Shown here in pieces: positions 9,090-17,695 of a stretch of 24,000 nucleotides of DNA; the first letter of the stretch is position 1; each line of letters begins with the position of its first letter. The notes under the pieces are model-generated. The model was not told the origin of the DNA and made no database searches. It saw nothing but the letters and a program-made list of their open reading frames with translations. Position numbers and translations under genes: made by a program. The stretch covers positions 1,742-25,741 of the forward strand of contig JACRHC010000072.1 of NCBI GenBank assembly GCA_016217675.1. The letters run 5' to 3'. The DNA comes from Nitrospirota bacterium (lineage in GTDB: Bacteria; Nitrospirota; Thermodesulfovibrionia; Thermodesulfovibrionales; UBA6898).

Positions 9090-9917
9090 TTACCTGTCCT
9101 CCACGAAATTGACTATATCACGGGCCTGCCTGAAATCATTGTCAGATACAGTCCCGAAACTCTCAAGCGCAGGATCAACACCTTGAAGCACGCGCCTGTC
9201 TTTAATCCCCATAAGAGCAGTCCTGATCTTTGATTTCAGTCCGGCGGGCAGTTTATTACTGCAGACGATCACGTGAGGCGGGATCGCATAAGGCCCGGCA
9301 ATGACCTTGATAGGTCTGTCTCGGTATTTTTCATAGATATCCTCCCGGACCCCACCTGCGTCGAAGTCTTTGTGCGAAACTGCAAGAACCACCTTCGAAT
9401 GGCTGCCTAAAAAGTCATAGGATTTCAGGTCCTTCAGCTTTACGCCTTCCCTGTTCAGGAGATAGCGGGGATAAAAATGGCTGCCATAGGACTGAAAATC
9501 TCCAAAGGCAAAGGTCTTGCCCCTGAGGTCCTTCAGATTTCTGATGCCGCTGTCTTTGTGCGCTATGATGACAAGCCTGTCGTTTTTATTGTCCCGCATG
9601 ACCAGCCGCGAGATAAGTTCCACACCGCCGTATTTGTCCTTTGCCCTGATATAGGGAGATGGGCCCATGAAACCGAGATCTACCCGTCCCTGGCCGATAT
9701 TAATTATGTGGGACATATAATTTGGCGCAATAACGATCTTTACCGGAATGCCGATCACTTTTGAGAGGTGTTTTAGCAGCGGCTCAAAGCTCTGATATAT
9801 CTGCGTCGGTGTGTCATATGGATATATACCAAAGGAAAGTTGTGCGGGCTCTGCGGCAAGGGCAGAGGTCAGAAACAGTTGCATGACAAAAATTACTGAC
9901 ACAAAAAGCTTATTCAT
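9090..9917 (-). CDS. PhnD-like periplasmic substrate-binding protein
   Basis: 275 aa: signal peptide, LSFGIYPYDTPTQIYQSFEPLLKHLSKVIGIPVKI, GQGRVDLGFMGPSPYI, LRGKTFAFGDFQSYGSHFYPRYLL. Confidence 0.85.
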   Translation of the reverse strand: MNKLFVSVIFVMQLFLTSALAAEPAQLSFGIYPYDTPTQIYQSFEPLLKHLSKVIGIPVKIVIAPNYMSHIINIGQGRVDLGFMGPSPYIRAKDKYGGVELISRLVMRDNKNDRLVIIAHKDSGIRNLKDLRGKTFAFGDFQSYGSHFYPRYLLNREGVKLKDLKSYDFLGSHSKVVLAVSHKDFDAGGVREDIYEKYRDRPIKVIAGPYAIPPHVIVCSNKLPAGLKSKIRTALMGIKDRRVLQGVDPALESFGTVSDNDFRQARDIVNFVEDR

Positions 9918-10058
9918 TCACAATCTCCTTGCAATCTGCATGCCCGCAGACGTTTTCAGCATAGAAAACATCTTTTGCGGCACTTTCGCATGTCATGCGG
10001 GAAACCAAATATTTGGAATTAATACCAGGCATCCGGAAATCACAGGACAAAGCTGTTG

Positions 10059-10940
10059 TTAAGAGGTCTTTTTTCCTTTTTTATCAATGTACATCAGATT
10101 GTCAGCCTCCTTCAGCGTCAGAACGAAATCGTCGCCCTTCTTCCAAGTGGAGCAGCCTACGCTTAGAGAAAGGCTGAACCCCTCGTAGGAATTATGCTGA
10201 GCATTCCATTTTTCGACCGCGCCGAGGAGCCTCAGTTTTACTGCTTCTGCCAGCTCACAGTCAGTATGGGGAAGGACTATAAGGAACTCGTCACCACCAT
10301 AGCGGAACAACAGATCTGACTGGCGGATATTATATTCTATTAATTTCGCAGTCTCGACAAGGACGAGGTCTCCTGCCTGGTGGCCGTATTTGTCGTTCAA
10401 TAACTTGAACATGTCGAGGTCCACCATTATGAATGATGCGATCTCCTCATACCGCTCCGATTTGGCCAGGAAATTATTGATATACTCGTTAAAATAGGTT
10501 CTGTTGTAGGCATTTGTAAGAGAGTCTCTTATGGCCATGTTGACGATCTTTTCATCCCTGTTTTTAAGGTGATGTATAAGGATGTTTATATTTTCATAGA
10601 GCATGCGAATCTGGTCTGACTCTATCTGTTTCATTACATCGCATTCAAAACAGCTTCTGTATTTCCTCGCAAAATCCCCCTGTACAGATCCACCGCAATG
10701 CGTTCCAACACGAAGCCAGCATCTGCAGTCAGCGTCTCTGAAAGAAGGGCATAACTCATTGCTGCAATTCTTGATTTCCCAGCATCTGATCCTGTTGAAA
10801 CCAAAATCAAAGGCCGTCCACTTCTCCCAGAACGATTCAGAATTCAGGGAGTGTTCAAGAAAAGCCCTCAGTTCCCTGTTGATAGCAGGAAGATACCCCT
10901 GATAAAGCTTGTCGTCTGTTTCCATCAAGTTCTTTTCCAT
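10059..10940 (-). CDS. Diguanylate cyclase (GGDEF) with N-terminal Cys-rich two-CW-type domain
   Basis: RYGGDEFLIVLPHTD motif. N-terminus RCWEIKNCSNELCPSFRDADCRCWLRVGTHCGGSVQGDFARKYRSCFECDVMKQI. Confidence 0.9.
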   Translation of the reverse strand: MEKNLMETDDKLYQGYLPAINRELRAFLEHSLNSESFWEKWTAFDFGFNRIRCWEIKNCSNELCPSFRDADCRCWLRVGTHCGGSVQGDFARKYRSCFECDVMKQIESDQIRMLYENINILIHHLKNRDEKIVNMAIRDSLTNAYNRTYFNEYINNFLAKSERYEEIASFIMVDLDMFKLLNDKYGHQAGDLVLVETAKLIEYNIRQSDLLFRYGGDEFLIVLPHTDCELAEAVKLRLLGAVEKWNAQHNSYEGFSLSLSVGCSTWKKGDDFVLTLKEADNLMYIDKKGKKTS

Positions 10941-11016
10941 AATAGTTCCTTTAAATTTTATAAGTAAAAAACAATTAATGGACTGAATTTATTGCGACTC
11001 ATCCCGCAGTCCGATA

Positions 11017-11940
11017 TTAAGAAAAAGGGGCCTCAGGCATCTGAAGTCTTTCCATGATTTCGATAACTGAAAGCAGGCTGTGTTTACAATCCGCAGACAA
11101 GTCCTGAAATTCGAGCCCGCTAAAACAGAATTTCTCTGTTATGCCGGTTTTCTTTACAGTACAATCAATATCTTTAAAGCATTTATCCAGGAAAGAAAAA
11201 GACAGTTTGAAAACCCTGTCTGGTCTTATCTGGTGAGCAGCCCGATCGGACACCTTGAGCCTGCAACCACCTTCGCCCAGGTCAACTGTCAGGGCATTAA
11301 TTGAGCAGTCTTCACCGTCTGCTGCGGTCAGCGTCGATTCCAGTCTGGTCACATATCTCCGGTGCTTTCTCAGGGATATCTTATCCACGGACAGCGGATA
11401 CCGGAAAAAAGCCAGAGGCAGTGGAAATGATTGCACTGCCACGAGGTCAGAATCGAAGATATATGCATCTCCATCCTTGATGTATTTCAGACCATATCTT
11501 CCTTTGCCGAACGGAAGACCGTTAATATAGGGCAACTGGGTTATCAGGTATTCATTGACTTTCCAGCCGGTCAGGTAGCTTAACGACTCTTCCTGCCTGC
11601 CTGTCTTTATGAGAATAGGTAAGCCCACATGGAATACCCTGTTGTGGAGGCTGTCCATGATCTCCTTTGAGGTCTGGAAATTCAGGCCTTCTTCGGAGAC
11701 TACCTGTCTGTAGCATTCACATTCAAGGCAGTTTTTGACCTTTGCTGCAAAGGTCCCCTGCACTACGCCGCCGCAGAAGGTGCCTGCAACCGGCCAGCAG
11801 GCCCTGCCAGCGTACTTCCCGTCATGCATGCCATCGAGTCGTTCCTCTTTTGCAACAGGACAGACACCGAGTTCATTGATTCTCGCTCCATCAGTCTCTC
11901 GCCCGCATTTCTTGATCTCCCAGCAGTTGAGCTTTGTCAT
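11017..11940 (-). CDS. Two-CW-type Cys-rich domain protein with PilZ-like C-terminal region
   Basis: LNCWEIKKCG...CPVAKEE...GRACWPVAGTFCGGVVQGTFAAKVKNCLECECYRQV. C-terminal RKHRRYVTRLESTLTAADGEDCSINALTVDLGEGGCRLKV resembles the RxxxR...DxSxxG PilZ pattern. Confidence 0.75.
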   Translation of the reverse strand: MTKLNCWEIKKCGRETDGARINELGVCPVAKEERLDGMHDGKYAGRACWPVAGTFCGGVVQGTFAAKVKNCLECECYRQVVSEEGLNFQTSKEIMDSLHNRVFHVGLPILIKTGRQEESLSYLTGWKVNEYLITQLPYINGLPFGKGRYGLKYIKDGDAYIFDSDLVAVQSFPLPLAFFRYPLSVDKISLRKHRRYVTRLESTLTAADGEDCSINALTVDLGEGGCRLKVSDRAAHQIRPDRVFKLSFSFLDKCFKDIDCTVKKTGITEKFCFSGLEFQDLSADCKHSLLSVIEIMERLQMPEAPFS

Positions 11941-11953
11941 ATCGCAGTCACGA

Positions 11954-13885
11954 TCACCTGTCCAACACCTCCCTGATCTTTTTCAAAAGGTCATTTGGCA
12001 ATACCGGCTTCTGAATGAACTCCGGCCCTTTTTCAAAGACTCCCCTGTCCTGAATAAGGTCTCTCGCATAGCCGCTTAAAAATATTGCCTTTATATCCTG
12101 CCACATACCCCTGATATCTTCGTAGGCATCCTTTCCGTTTTTCTTCGGCATTATCACATCCAGCAGCAGAAGTTGAATGTGGTCCTTATTATCCCTGAAT
12201 TTGTTCACAGCGTCCTCGCCGTCCACAGCCTCGATCACGGCATACCCTGATCCGGCAAGTATCTGGCTGATGAGCGTTCTTACCGTAGGGTCATCTTCTG
12301 CCAGAAGTATTGTCTCTGTGCCCCTGCTTGTTGCTGCGGGCTCTCCTTTCTCTTCCTTTCCCTCAGCTGGTGAAGCGATGGGAAGATAAAGCATGAACGA
12401 GGTCCCCTGTCCAGGTTCACTGAGACAGTCTAAAAAACCTTTATGCTGTTTGACAATGCCAAACACTATTGAGAGGCCAAGTCCGGTGCCTTTGCCGACT
12501 TCCTTGGTCGTAAAATAGGGCTCAAATATCCTCTGTCTGGTCGCATCGTCTATTCCTGTTCCGGTGTCTGACACAGAGATCAATACATATCTTCCGGGCT
12601 CGCCAAAACTGTGTTTCTTGATGAAACGGCTGTCCATGTTAATGCTTCCGGTCTGTATGGTCAGAACGCCTCCATGGGGCATAGCATCCCGCGCATTCGC
12701 TGCAAGATTCATCAGGACCTGCTCGATCTGCCCCGGGTCTGCATTGATCATCATATCCTCTTCTGCAGGTATTATCCTCAGCTCAATGTCCTCTCCGAGG
12801 ATCCGTTCTATCATCTTCTTGAAGTCGGCAATAATGCTGCAGACATTCACGGGTTTCAATTCCATTACCTGTTTCCGGCTGAAGGCAAGGAGTCCTCTGG
12901 TAAGCTGGGCAGCCCTGTTTCCTGCGTCAAGTATCGCTTTCAGATGCTCTGATGAGGCCCCATCTTTTTTTATCTGCCTCTGCATAAGGTCTCCATAACC
13001 TATAATGACACTAAGCAGGTTGTTGAAGTCATGGGCAATGCCGCCTGCAAGCGTGCCGATCGCCTCCATCTTCTGGGCATGTCTGAGCTGCTCTTCGAGC
13101 CTCCTCATCTCCGTGATATTGTTCAGAGTCTCGATGACCGCAGTCACCCTGCCGGCCTCATCCTTTATGGGATATGATCTTGTCTCAATATAGAGATGCT
13201 TGCCATCACTGTCATAGTGTGTATGAATGGCAAGGGAAGGAGCACCTGTCTTAAAAGTGCGAGAAGGAGCGCATTCCTCGCCGTTCCAAAAACACGGTTT
13301 GTCCAGATGATGAGAAACCTCGAAGCAGTGTTTTCCTGTTATGTTTTCGACATGGCACTTCACCTGTCTGCAATATGCCCTGTTCGCCGAGATGATCCGG
13401 AATTCAGGGTCGATTATAATAAACCCCTCGTCTATACTTTCGAGGATGTTCCTCATGAAAGACTCGCTTTTCTTCAGTGCAGAATCAGTTCTTTCCAACT
13501 CCATGAGGGATTGCCTGAGAGACTCCGCAGTTTTTTCTTCTTCAGTTATGTCCCGCAATACTTCGATCATCCGGATTACTCTGCCATCAGAATCTGCTAT
13601 CGGAGACGCCGAGATACTGAATACTTTGGACTGGCCGTCACTGCAATAGTGTGTGTGTTTTAACACAATAGGTCTTCCGGTCGAAAAAACCTCCTTATGA
13701 GGGCATTCCTCAGGTAAAGAACAGGGCGTGGGACAATGATGAGAGATCTCATGGCAGTTTTTGCCTGTTATATCTTCACCACTTACACCACAGAGATGAA
13801 GAGCCGCCTCATTGGCAAAGACTACTTTAAAGTCTTTATCAATTATCAGCATGTAGTCAGTAATGCTATTGAGAATGTCTCTCAT
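11954..13885 (-). CDS. Hybrid histidine kinase: PAS-PAS-HisKA-HATPase-REC
   Basis: 643 aa: two PAS repeats, [62 protein letters not shown], receiver [16 protein letters not shown]...[13 protein letters not shown]. Confidence 0.93.
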   Translation of the reverse strand: MRDILNSITDYMLIIDKDFKVVFANEAALHLCGVSGEDITGKNCHEISHHCPTPCSLPEECPHKEVFSTGRPIVLKHTHYCSDGQSKVFSISASPIADSDGRVIRMIEVLRDITEEEKTAESLRQSLMELERTDSALKKSESFMRNILESIDEGFIIIDPEFRIISANRAYCRQVKCHVENITGKHCFEVSHHLDKPCFWNGEECAPSRTFKTGAPSLAIHTHYDSDGKHLYIETRSYPIKDEAGRVTAVIETLNNITEMRRLEEQLRHAQKMEAIGTLAGGIAHDFNNLLSVIIGYGDLMQRQIKKDGASSEHLKAILDAGNRAAQLTRGLLAFSRKQVMELKPVNVCSIIADFKKMIERILGEDIELRIIPAEEDMMINADPGQIEQVLMNLAANARDAMPHGGVLTIQTGSINMDSRFIKKHSFGEPGRYVLISVSDTGTGIDDATRQRIFEPYFTTKEVGKGTGLGLSIVFGIVKQHKGFLDCLSEPGQGTSFMLYLPIASPAEGKEEKGEPAATSRGTETILLAEDDPTVRTLISQILAGSGYAVIEAVDGEDAVNKFRDNKDHIQLLLLDVIMPKKNGKDAYEDIRGMWQDIKAIFLSGYARDLIQDRGVFEKGPEFIQKPVLPNDLLKKIREVLDR

Positions 13886-13887
13886 TG

Positions 13888-13919
13888 TCTGACTCTCTGA
13901 CTCTCTGACTCTCTGACTC
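13888..13919. repeat. Perfect 8-bp tandem repeat (TCTGACTC)x4 just upstream of the hybrid kinase start codon
   Basis: Read directly: TCTGACTC TCTGACTC TCTGACTC TCTGACTC, ending 2 nt from the ATG at 13883-13885. Confidence 0.95.
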
Positions 13920-13963
13920 GTTTTCTTGATTCATGTGCCACCCCTTGTTCATACTTTATGCCT

Positions 13964-14146
13964 TTATTTTAATGTCCCTTTTACAATAACATCCACCGCC
14001 TCTTCCGGAGTAAGCCCGCGCGCCACGAGCGTCTCCATCTGTCGCTTGTCCACGCTGCTGATAGCGGCCTCATGCGTAATCTTCACAATCTCCATGCAAT
14101 CCACATGCCCGCGCGTGTTAATTGCGGTACTTTCCGCAATGCCAGA
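13964..14146 (-). pseudogene. C-terminal remnant of a SufB/SufD-like Fe-S assembly scaffold protein
   Basis: Minus-strand frame SGIAESTAINTRGHVDCMEIVKITHEAAISSVDKRQMETLVARGLTPEEAVDVIVKGTLK*. The upstream frame is closed by TGA at 14147-14149 and TAG at 14189-14191, with no start codon. Confidence 0.7.
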
Positions 14147-14218
14147 TCAGAGACAGTCCAATGGCGCGGAAGTTCTCTGGCTCTTTTCTAACTAAACCAA
14201 CAGATACAAGCTCGATCT

Positions 14219-14494
14219 TCATGATGGATGCTGACCTTTGACAATCTCGCCCGCAAGCGAATCAATATCGTATAATGCGTCTTGAGAGATATATTTCTTC
14301 TCCTGTGAGTATTGTATCATCTTATCAACGACAGCCCGGAATTCCTCTTTCATGGTAGCCAGCTCACCCATGCCGTCACACCCCTTCTGCCTCTGTCTTG
14401 CGAGCAGATAGATATGAGCATACTCACTCGCATCGGAAAGAAGCCTTGCAAGCTGGTTGTCTGATTTTGATGCCTGTTGAATTGCGTTGAGCAT
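14219..14494 (-). CDS. Small uncharacterised protein (91 aa)
   Basis: Open frame MLNAIQQASKSDNQLARLLSDASEYAHIYLLARQRQKGCDGMGELATMKEEF...; no family recognised. In line with the downstream end of the operon. Confidence 0.5.
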   Translation of the reverse strand: MLNAIQQASKSDNQLARLLSDASEYAHIYLLARQRQKGCDGMGELATMKEEFRAVVDKMIQYSQEKKYISQDALYDIDSLAGEIVKGQHPS

Positions 14495-14511
14495 TCTTTT
14501 TCTCCCAATTG

Positions 14512-14557
14512 AACGGCCCTGCAGTGTGTGCGTGCTGCACTCCGCTGCAAGGCCGTT
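14512..14557. repeat. Inverted repeat AACGGCC...GGCCGTT; possible transcript 3' structure after the AhpD-like gene
   Basis: 7-bp perfect arms at 14512-14518 and 14551-14557 in the intergenic gap. No clear U-tract. Confidence 0.35.
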
Positions 14558-14581
14558 TCACGGTAACCTGCTGACCGTTTG

Positions 14582-14842
14582 TTAACTACATCCGCAACCT
14601 GCTGCAGCCGGAGCGCCGGCATTCGATGGTGCAGTCTTACTGATAGTTGCAGCGAACTGATCCATCTTTCCCGCAGCGCCCTTCCTGACCGCTTTTGCAA
14701 CTTCGATTGCCTCTGCAATTTCAAAGTCGCTGGCACCGCTTTCCAGTGCCTTCTCAACATGGTACTGCAGACACGGTTGGCAGTTTGCGGTTACTGATGC
14801 CCCGATTGCGATCAATTCTGTAATGCGATTATCAAGCTTCAT
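14582..14842 (-). CDS. Carboxymuconolactone decarboxylase/AhpD-like protein with CxxC and a Cys-rich tail
   Basis: 86 aa: ELIAIGASVTANCQPCLQYHVEKALESGAS...AVRKGAAGKMD...GCGCS. Confidence 0.85.
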   Translation of the reverse strand: MKLDNRITELIAIGASVTANCQPCLQYHVEKALESGASDFEIAEAIEVAKAVRKGAAGKMDQFAATISKTAPSNAGAPAAAGCGCS

Positions 14843-14898
14843 GGTATATCACCTCCTTCCTGTTTCTATAGACGAGGAAGGGGCAGAAAAAGATACAC

Positions 14899-15528
14899 CT
14901 ATTTTTCTTTAAATCTCAGAGGAGTGGAAATCCGTTCGCAGGCCAGTTCATTGCGGTCATCACGATAGAGATTGCATTTCGCCTTCAGTTCTTTTCTCAG
15001 GCGTGTTCTGGCCCTGTGCAGTCTGATCTTTACGGTATCGGCAGATATGCCGAGGATAGCAGCGATCTCACCGCTGCTCAGCTCTTCAAAATCACTCAGC
15101 ACCAGCACGGTGCGATAGTTTTCCGGCAGCCCATCCGCAATGCCCCGGATACAGTCATTCATTTCCTTCTTGATAAGAGAAGTCTCCAGAGAAGGTTTAT
15201 GGTCTTCCACCCGTAGATACCTGTCCTCAGCCTCTTCGTCATCGTCTCCCCGCTGAACAACGGCAGCCCCTTTCTGCAATGAAAGTGCCCGCAGCCTGTC
15301 CAGTGCAGCGTTGGTTGCAATTTTATAGATCCATGTTGAAAGAGTTGATTTCCCCTTGAAAAACTTCAGACCACGACCGACCTTTATAAAGACGTCCTGG
15401 GCCAGATCATCCGCTTCAGTTTCGTTTACAATGCGCGCCAGATAGCGCCGTATTTTCTCGTTGAAAGCGAGATAGATATCCTGAAACGCCTGATCGAAAG
15501 CCATACTTTCATTTATCATGCAGGGCAC
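14899..15528 (-). CDS. ECF-type RNA polymerase sigma factor
   Basis: ADDLAQDVFIKV (region 2), STLSTWIYKIATNAALDRLR, LPENYRTVLVLSDFEELSSGEIAAILGISADTVKIRLHRARTRLRKEL (region 4). Confidence 0.9.
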   Translation of the reverse strand: MPCMINESMAFDQAFQDIYLAFNEKIRRYLARIVNETEADDLAQDVFIKVGRGLKFFKGKSTLSTWIYKIATNAALDRLRALSLQKGAAVVQRGDDDEEAEDRYLRVEDHKPSLETSLIKKEMNDCIRGIADGLPENYRTVLVLSDFEELSSGEIAAILGISADTVKIRLHRARTRLRKELKAKCNLYRDDRNELACERISTPLRFKEK

Positions 15529-15534
15529 CTATTG

Positions 15535-16224
15535 TCAGAGGATCGTTATCCCGAAATAGACGCCCACTATGACCAGCAATGCTCCGCTGACCTTCTTGGC
15601 ACGTATCGAAAAGTTTCTGGCGCCTTTCGAACTGACTATGCTCTCCGTAAGCCCAACAGACAGTCCTGCTGCGAATATGAGCGCACAATGTCCAAGGGCA
15701 TAAACAAAGAGGAGTGATCCGCCGTATGCCATATCTCCCTGAGTCGAAACATAGGTGAGGATGACCGCAAGAACCGGTGTTGCGCAGGGAGAAGAGACTG
15801 AGCCGGTCAGCATGCCGAGCAGAAAAGCCCCGAGGAGCCCTCTTGCTTTAACCGCTCTTGTCTTCTGAAAGGGCAGGGGTATTGAGATCACCCCCATCAG
15901 CCGAAGTCCCATCAATATAGCTACGACAGCCAACCCGATATAAAGCCATTTACCCATGAATCCGAGAAATTGCCCCATTATTGAAGCAGCGACACCAAGT
16001 AGTGTAAAGGTTATCGAGAGCCCGAGGACAAATACCAAAGAGAAAAGAGCAGCCTTCTTTCTGTTCCCTTCGGAGTAGCCGCCGACGTAGCCTATTATCA
16101 GGGGAATAGCCGCAAGCACACAGGGGCTTGCAGCAGAGATCAGGCCACCAAAGAAGACAGCAACGAAGGCCAATCCTTGCTGATGCTGGATGATCTGCTG
16201 GATATTGTCTAAAATTGCATCCAT
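15535..16224 (-). CDS. CcdA/DsbD-family membrane thiol-disulfide transport protein
   Basis: AFVAVFFGGLISAASPCVLAAIPLIIGYVGGYSEG..., LLGMLTGSVSSPCATPVLAVILTYV. The start at MDAILDN (16224) avoids the 59-nt overlap with hgcB implied by the ORF-track start at 16284. Confidence 0.85.
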   Translation of the reverse strand: MDAILDNIQQIIQHQQGLAFVAVFFGGLISAASPCVLAAIPLIIGYVGGYSEGNRKKAALFSLVFVLGLSITFTLLGVAASIMGQFLGFMGKWLYIGLAVVAILMGLRLMGVISIPLPFQKTRAVKARGLLGAFLLGMLTGSVSSPCATPVLAVILTYVSTQGDMAYGGSLLFVYALGHCALIFAAGLSVGLTESIVSSKGARNFSIRAKKVSGALLVIVGVYFGITIL

Positions 16225-16225
16225 A

Positions 16226-16534
16226 TCAGCAGCAGTCGCCGTTCTTGTTTTTGCCGCTGCAGTCGCATGAAGGCTCACCGCCACTTACTATGCTGTTGAT
16301 AACGGCAGCAGCGCAGCCCACGCCCTTGTTTACGTTAAGCGCCTTGAAAGCGCAATTGTTGACACAAGCTCCGCATTCCATGCATTGGTCCCTGTCCAGA
16401 ATGACCGCTTTCTTGTTTTCCATGGCGAAGACTCCATGCGGGCAGACCTCGATGCAGATTCCGCAGCCAACACAGCGCTCGGGGAAGATCTCAAGGCTCG
16501 CAACATTTGAGAGATATTTCATAAGACCCTCCAC
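16226..16534 (-). CDS. hgcB: HgcB, ferredoxin-like protein of mercury methylation
   Basis: 102 aa: CVGCGICIEVCPHGVF, CMECGACVNNCAFKALNVNKGVGCAAAVI, and a C-terminal vicinal cysteine pair ...NGDCC. Overlaps the 3' end of hgcA. Confidence 0.93.
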   Translation of the reverse strand: MEGLMKYLSNVASLEIFPERCVGCGICIEVCPHGVFAMENKKAVILDRDQCMECGACVNNCAFKALNVNKGVGCAAAVINSIVSGGEPSCDCSGKNKNGDCC

Positions 16535-17613
16535 TCACCAAGCTTATAGACGAGCAGGAGGATCAGGGAGACCACTACACCAGAAATATACAGAGGGATG
16601 GACATCTTCAATTCCTTTTTGACGCCGGATATTCCGGTAAACGTACTCGCTCCGGTAAACTGCAGCGCGATATATGAACTCGCCAAAGGAAAAAACAGAT
16701 ACGTAGAAATGAGCAGGACCGTATTTAAATGCCTGAACATCGCAATGAATGTCGTGGACAGAAAGATAGCAAGCAGTCCTGTTATCCAGCCTTTAACGGC
16801 AAAAGACCTGAAAGGAATAAATGGCAGAAGCACAGGGGTTACCAGAGCACCGGCAATTACGGATATAAGACCAAGCAGGAGAAACGGTAAACCGCCGACC
16901 AGGGCCTCCCTGAAGAATATTCCTCCAGGCTGAAGACCGAATATAGACAGAATGATCAGGGCATACCATGGATAGTATTTTTTCATGGCAGGATTGATTT
17001 CCATCGGCGTAAGGATCAATCTGTCGAAAAGCGGAAACGTAACAGTCCTCATTTCCCCTGTTGCCTGATACCCGGCGGCGATATAAGCCCGGATATCTTC
17101 AGCCCGCACAGGTCCATAGCTGACCTTGAACCCTGAGGCTTTCTTCACCCCGTATGCACTGATACCCGGAGCCCCGAGCTGAGGCACGATAATCTTATTG
17201 TGGTTGACGACCCTGTCCAGTTGTGTGAGGGAGATGCGCTGCACCAATTCATCTGTTCCAAAGGTGCCTTTGCCGGCCGCGCACCACACATTGATGCCCT
17301 TTGTATCAAGAACAAGCACCCAGGCGTTCAGACCCTTTAAGGCCTTCCTGAGCACATCAAAGCTGAGCTTGTAATTGGCGCTTACAAACACGTCTGAGGC
17401 CTTATCAGGCGCGCCGACGGCATAGAGCCCAGGAGTAACCGTATAGTTATTTCTGAATGCGGTGGTCCTGCACCTGATGTTCTCCCAGTAGTCTGATGGT
17501 GCAAGGTCGGTTGATACTATAGGGATTGCAGCGGCATCAGTCATGATAGTGCCGGTGACCCATGCAGACCGCTCTTTTTCGCTACTCATCTTTATGAATT
17601 TCAGTTCCGCCAT
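16519..17613 (-). CDS. hgcA: HgcA, corrinoid protein of mercury methylation
   Basis: 364 aa with the cap-helix motif NVWCAAGK(GTFGT) (Cys111, codon at 17281-17283), a soluble CFeSP-like N-terminal domain and multiple C-terminal TM helices, adjacent to hgcB. Confidence 0.94.
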   Translation of the reverse strand: MAELKFIKMSSEKERSAWVTGTIMTDAAAIPIVSTDLAPSDYWENIRCRTTAFRNNYTVTPGLYAVGAPDKASDVFVSANYKLSFDVLRKALKGLNAWVLVLDTKGINVWCAAGKGTFGTDELVQRISLTQLDRVVNHNKIIVPQLGAPGISAYGVKKASGFKVSYGPVRAEDIRAYIAAGYQATGEMRTVTFPLFDRLILTPMEINPAMKKYYPWYALIILSIFGLQPGGIFFREALVGGLPFLLLGLISVIAGALVTPVLLPFIPFRSFAVKGWITGLLAIFLSTTFIAMFRHLNTVLLISTYLFFPLASSYIALQFTGASTFTGISGVKKELKMSIPLYISGVVVSLILLLVYKLGEWRVL

Positions 17614-17695
17614 AACAGTGCCTCCTTGATGATCTTCCAGGGCAGCTCATTGACTATTTCAACGCAGTTTTCCATGGTGATCAAAAGAGATTCTC

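Noticed and set aside
14147-14149. In-frame TGA before the SufB-like fragment as a third Sec codon
   Set aside because: A second stop (TAG at 14189-14191) lies just upstream. The intervening peptide has no SufB similarity, so this is a degraded gene.
14350-14760. Minus-strand ORF of 136 aa
   Set aside because: Overlaps two better-supported genes (AhpD-like 14582..14842 and 14219..14494) in another frame, with Arg/Gln-rich out-of-frame composition.
16226-16228. hgcB TGA as a possible read-through Sec codon (context ...GDCC TGA)
   Set aside because: The terminal CC is the expected HgcB end. The downstream frame shows nothing resembling HgcB, and the next gene starts at 16224.
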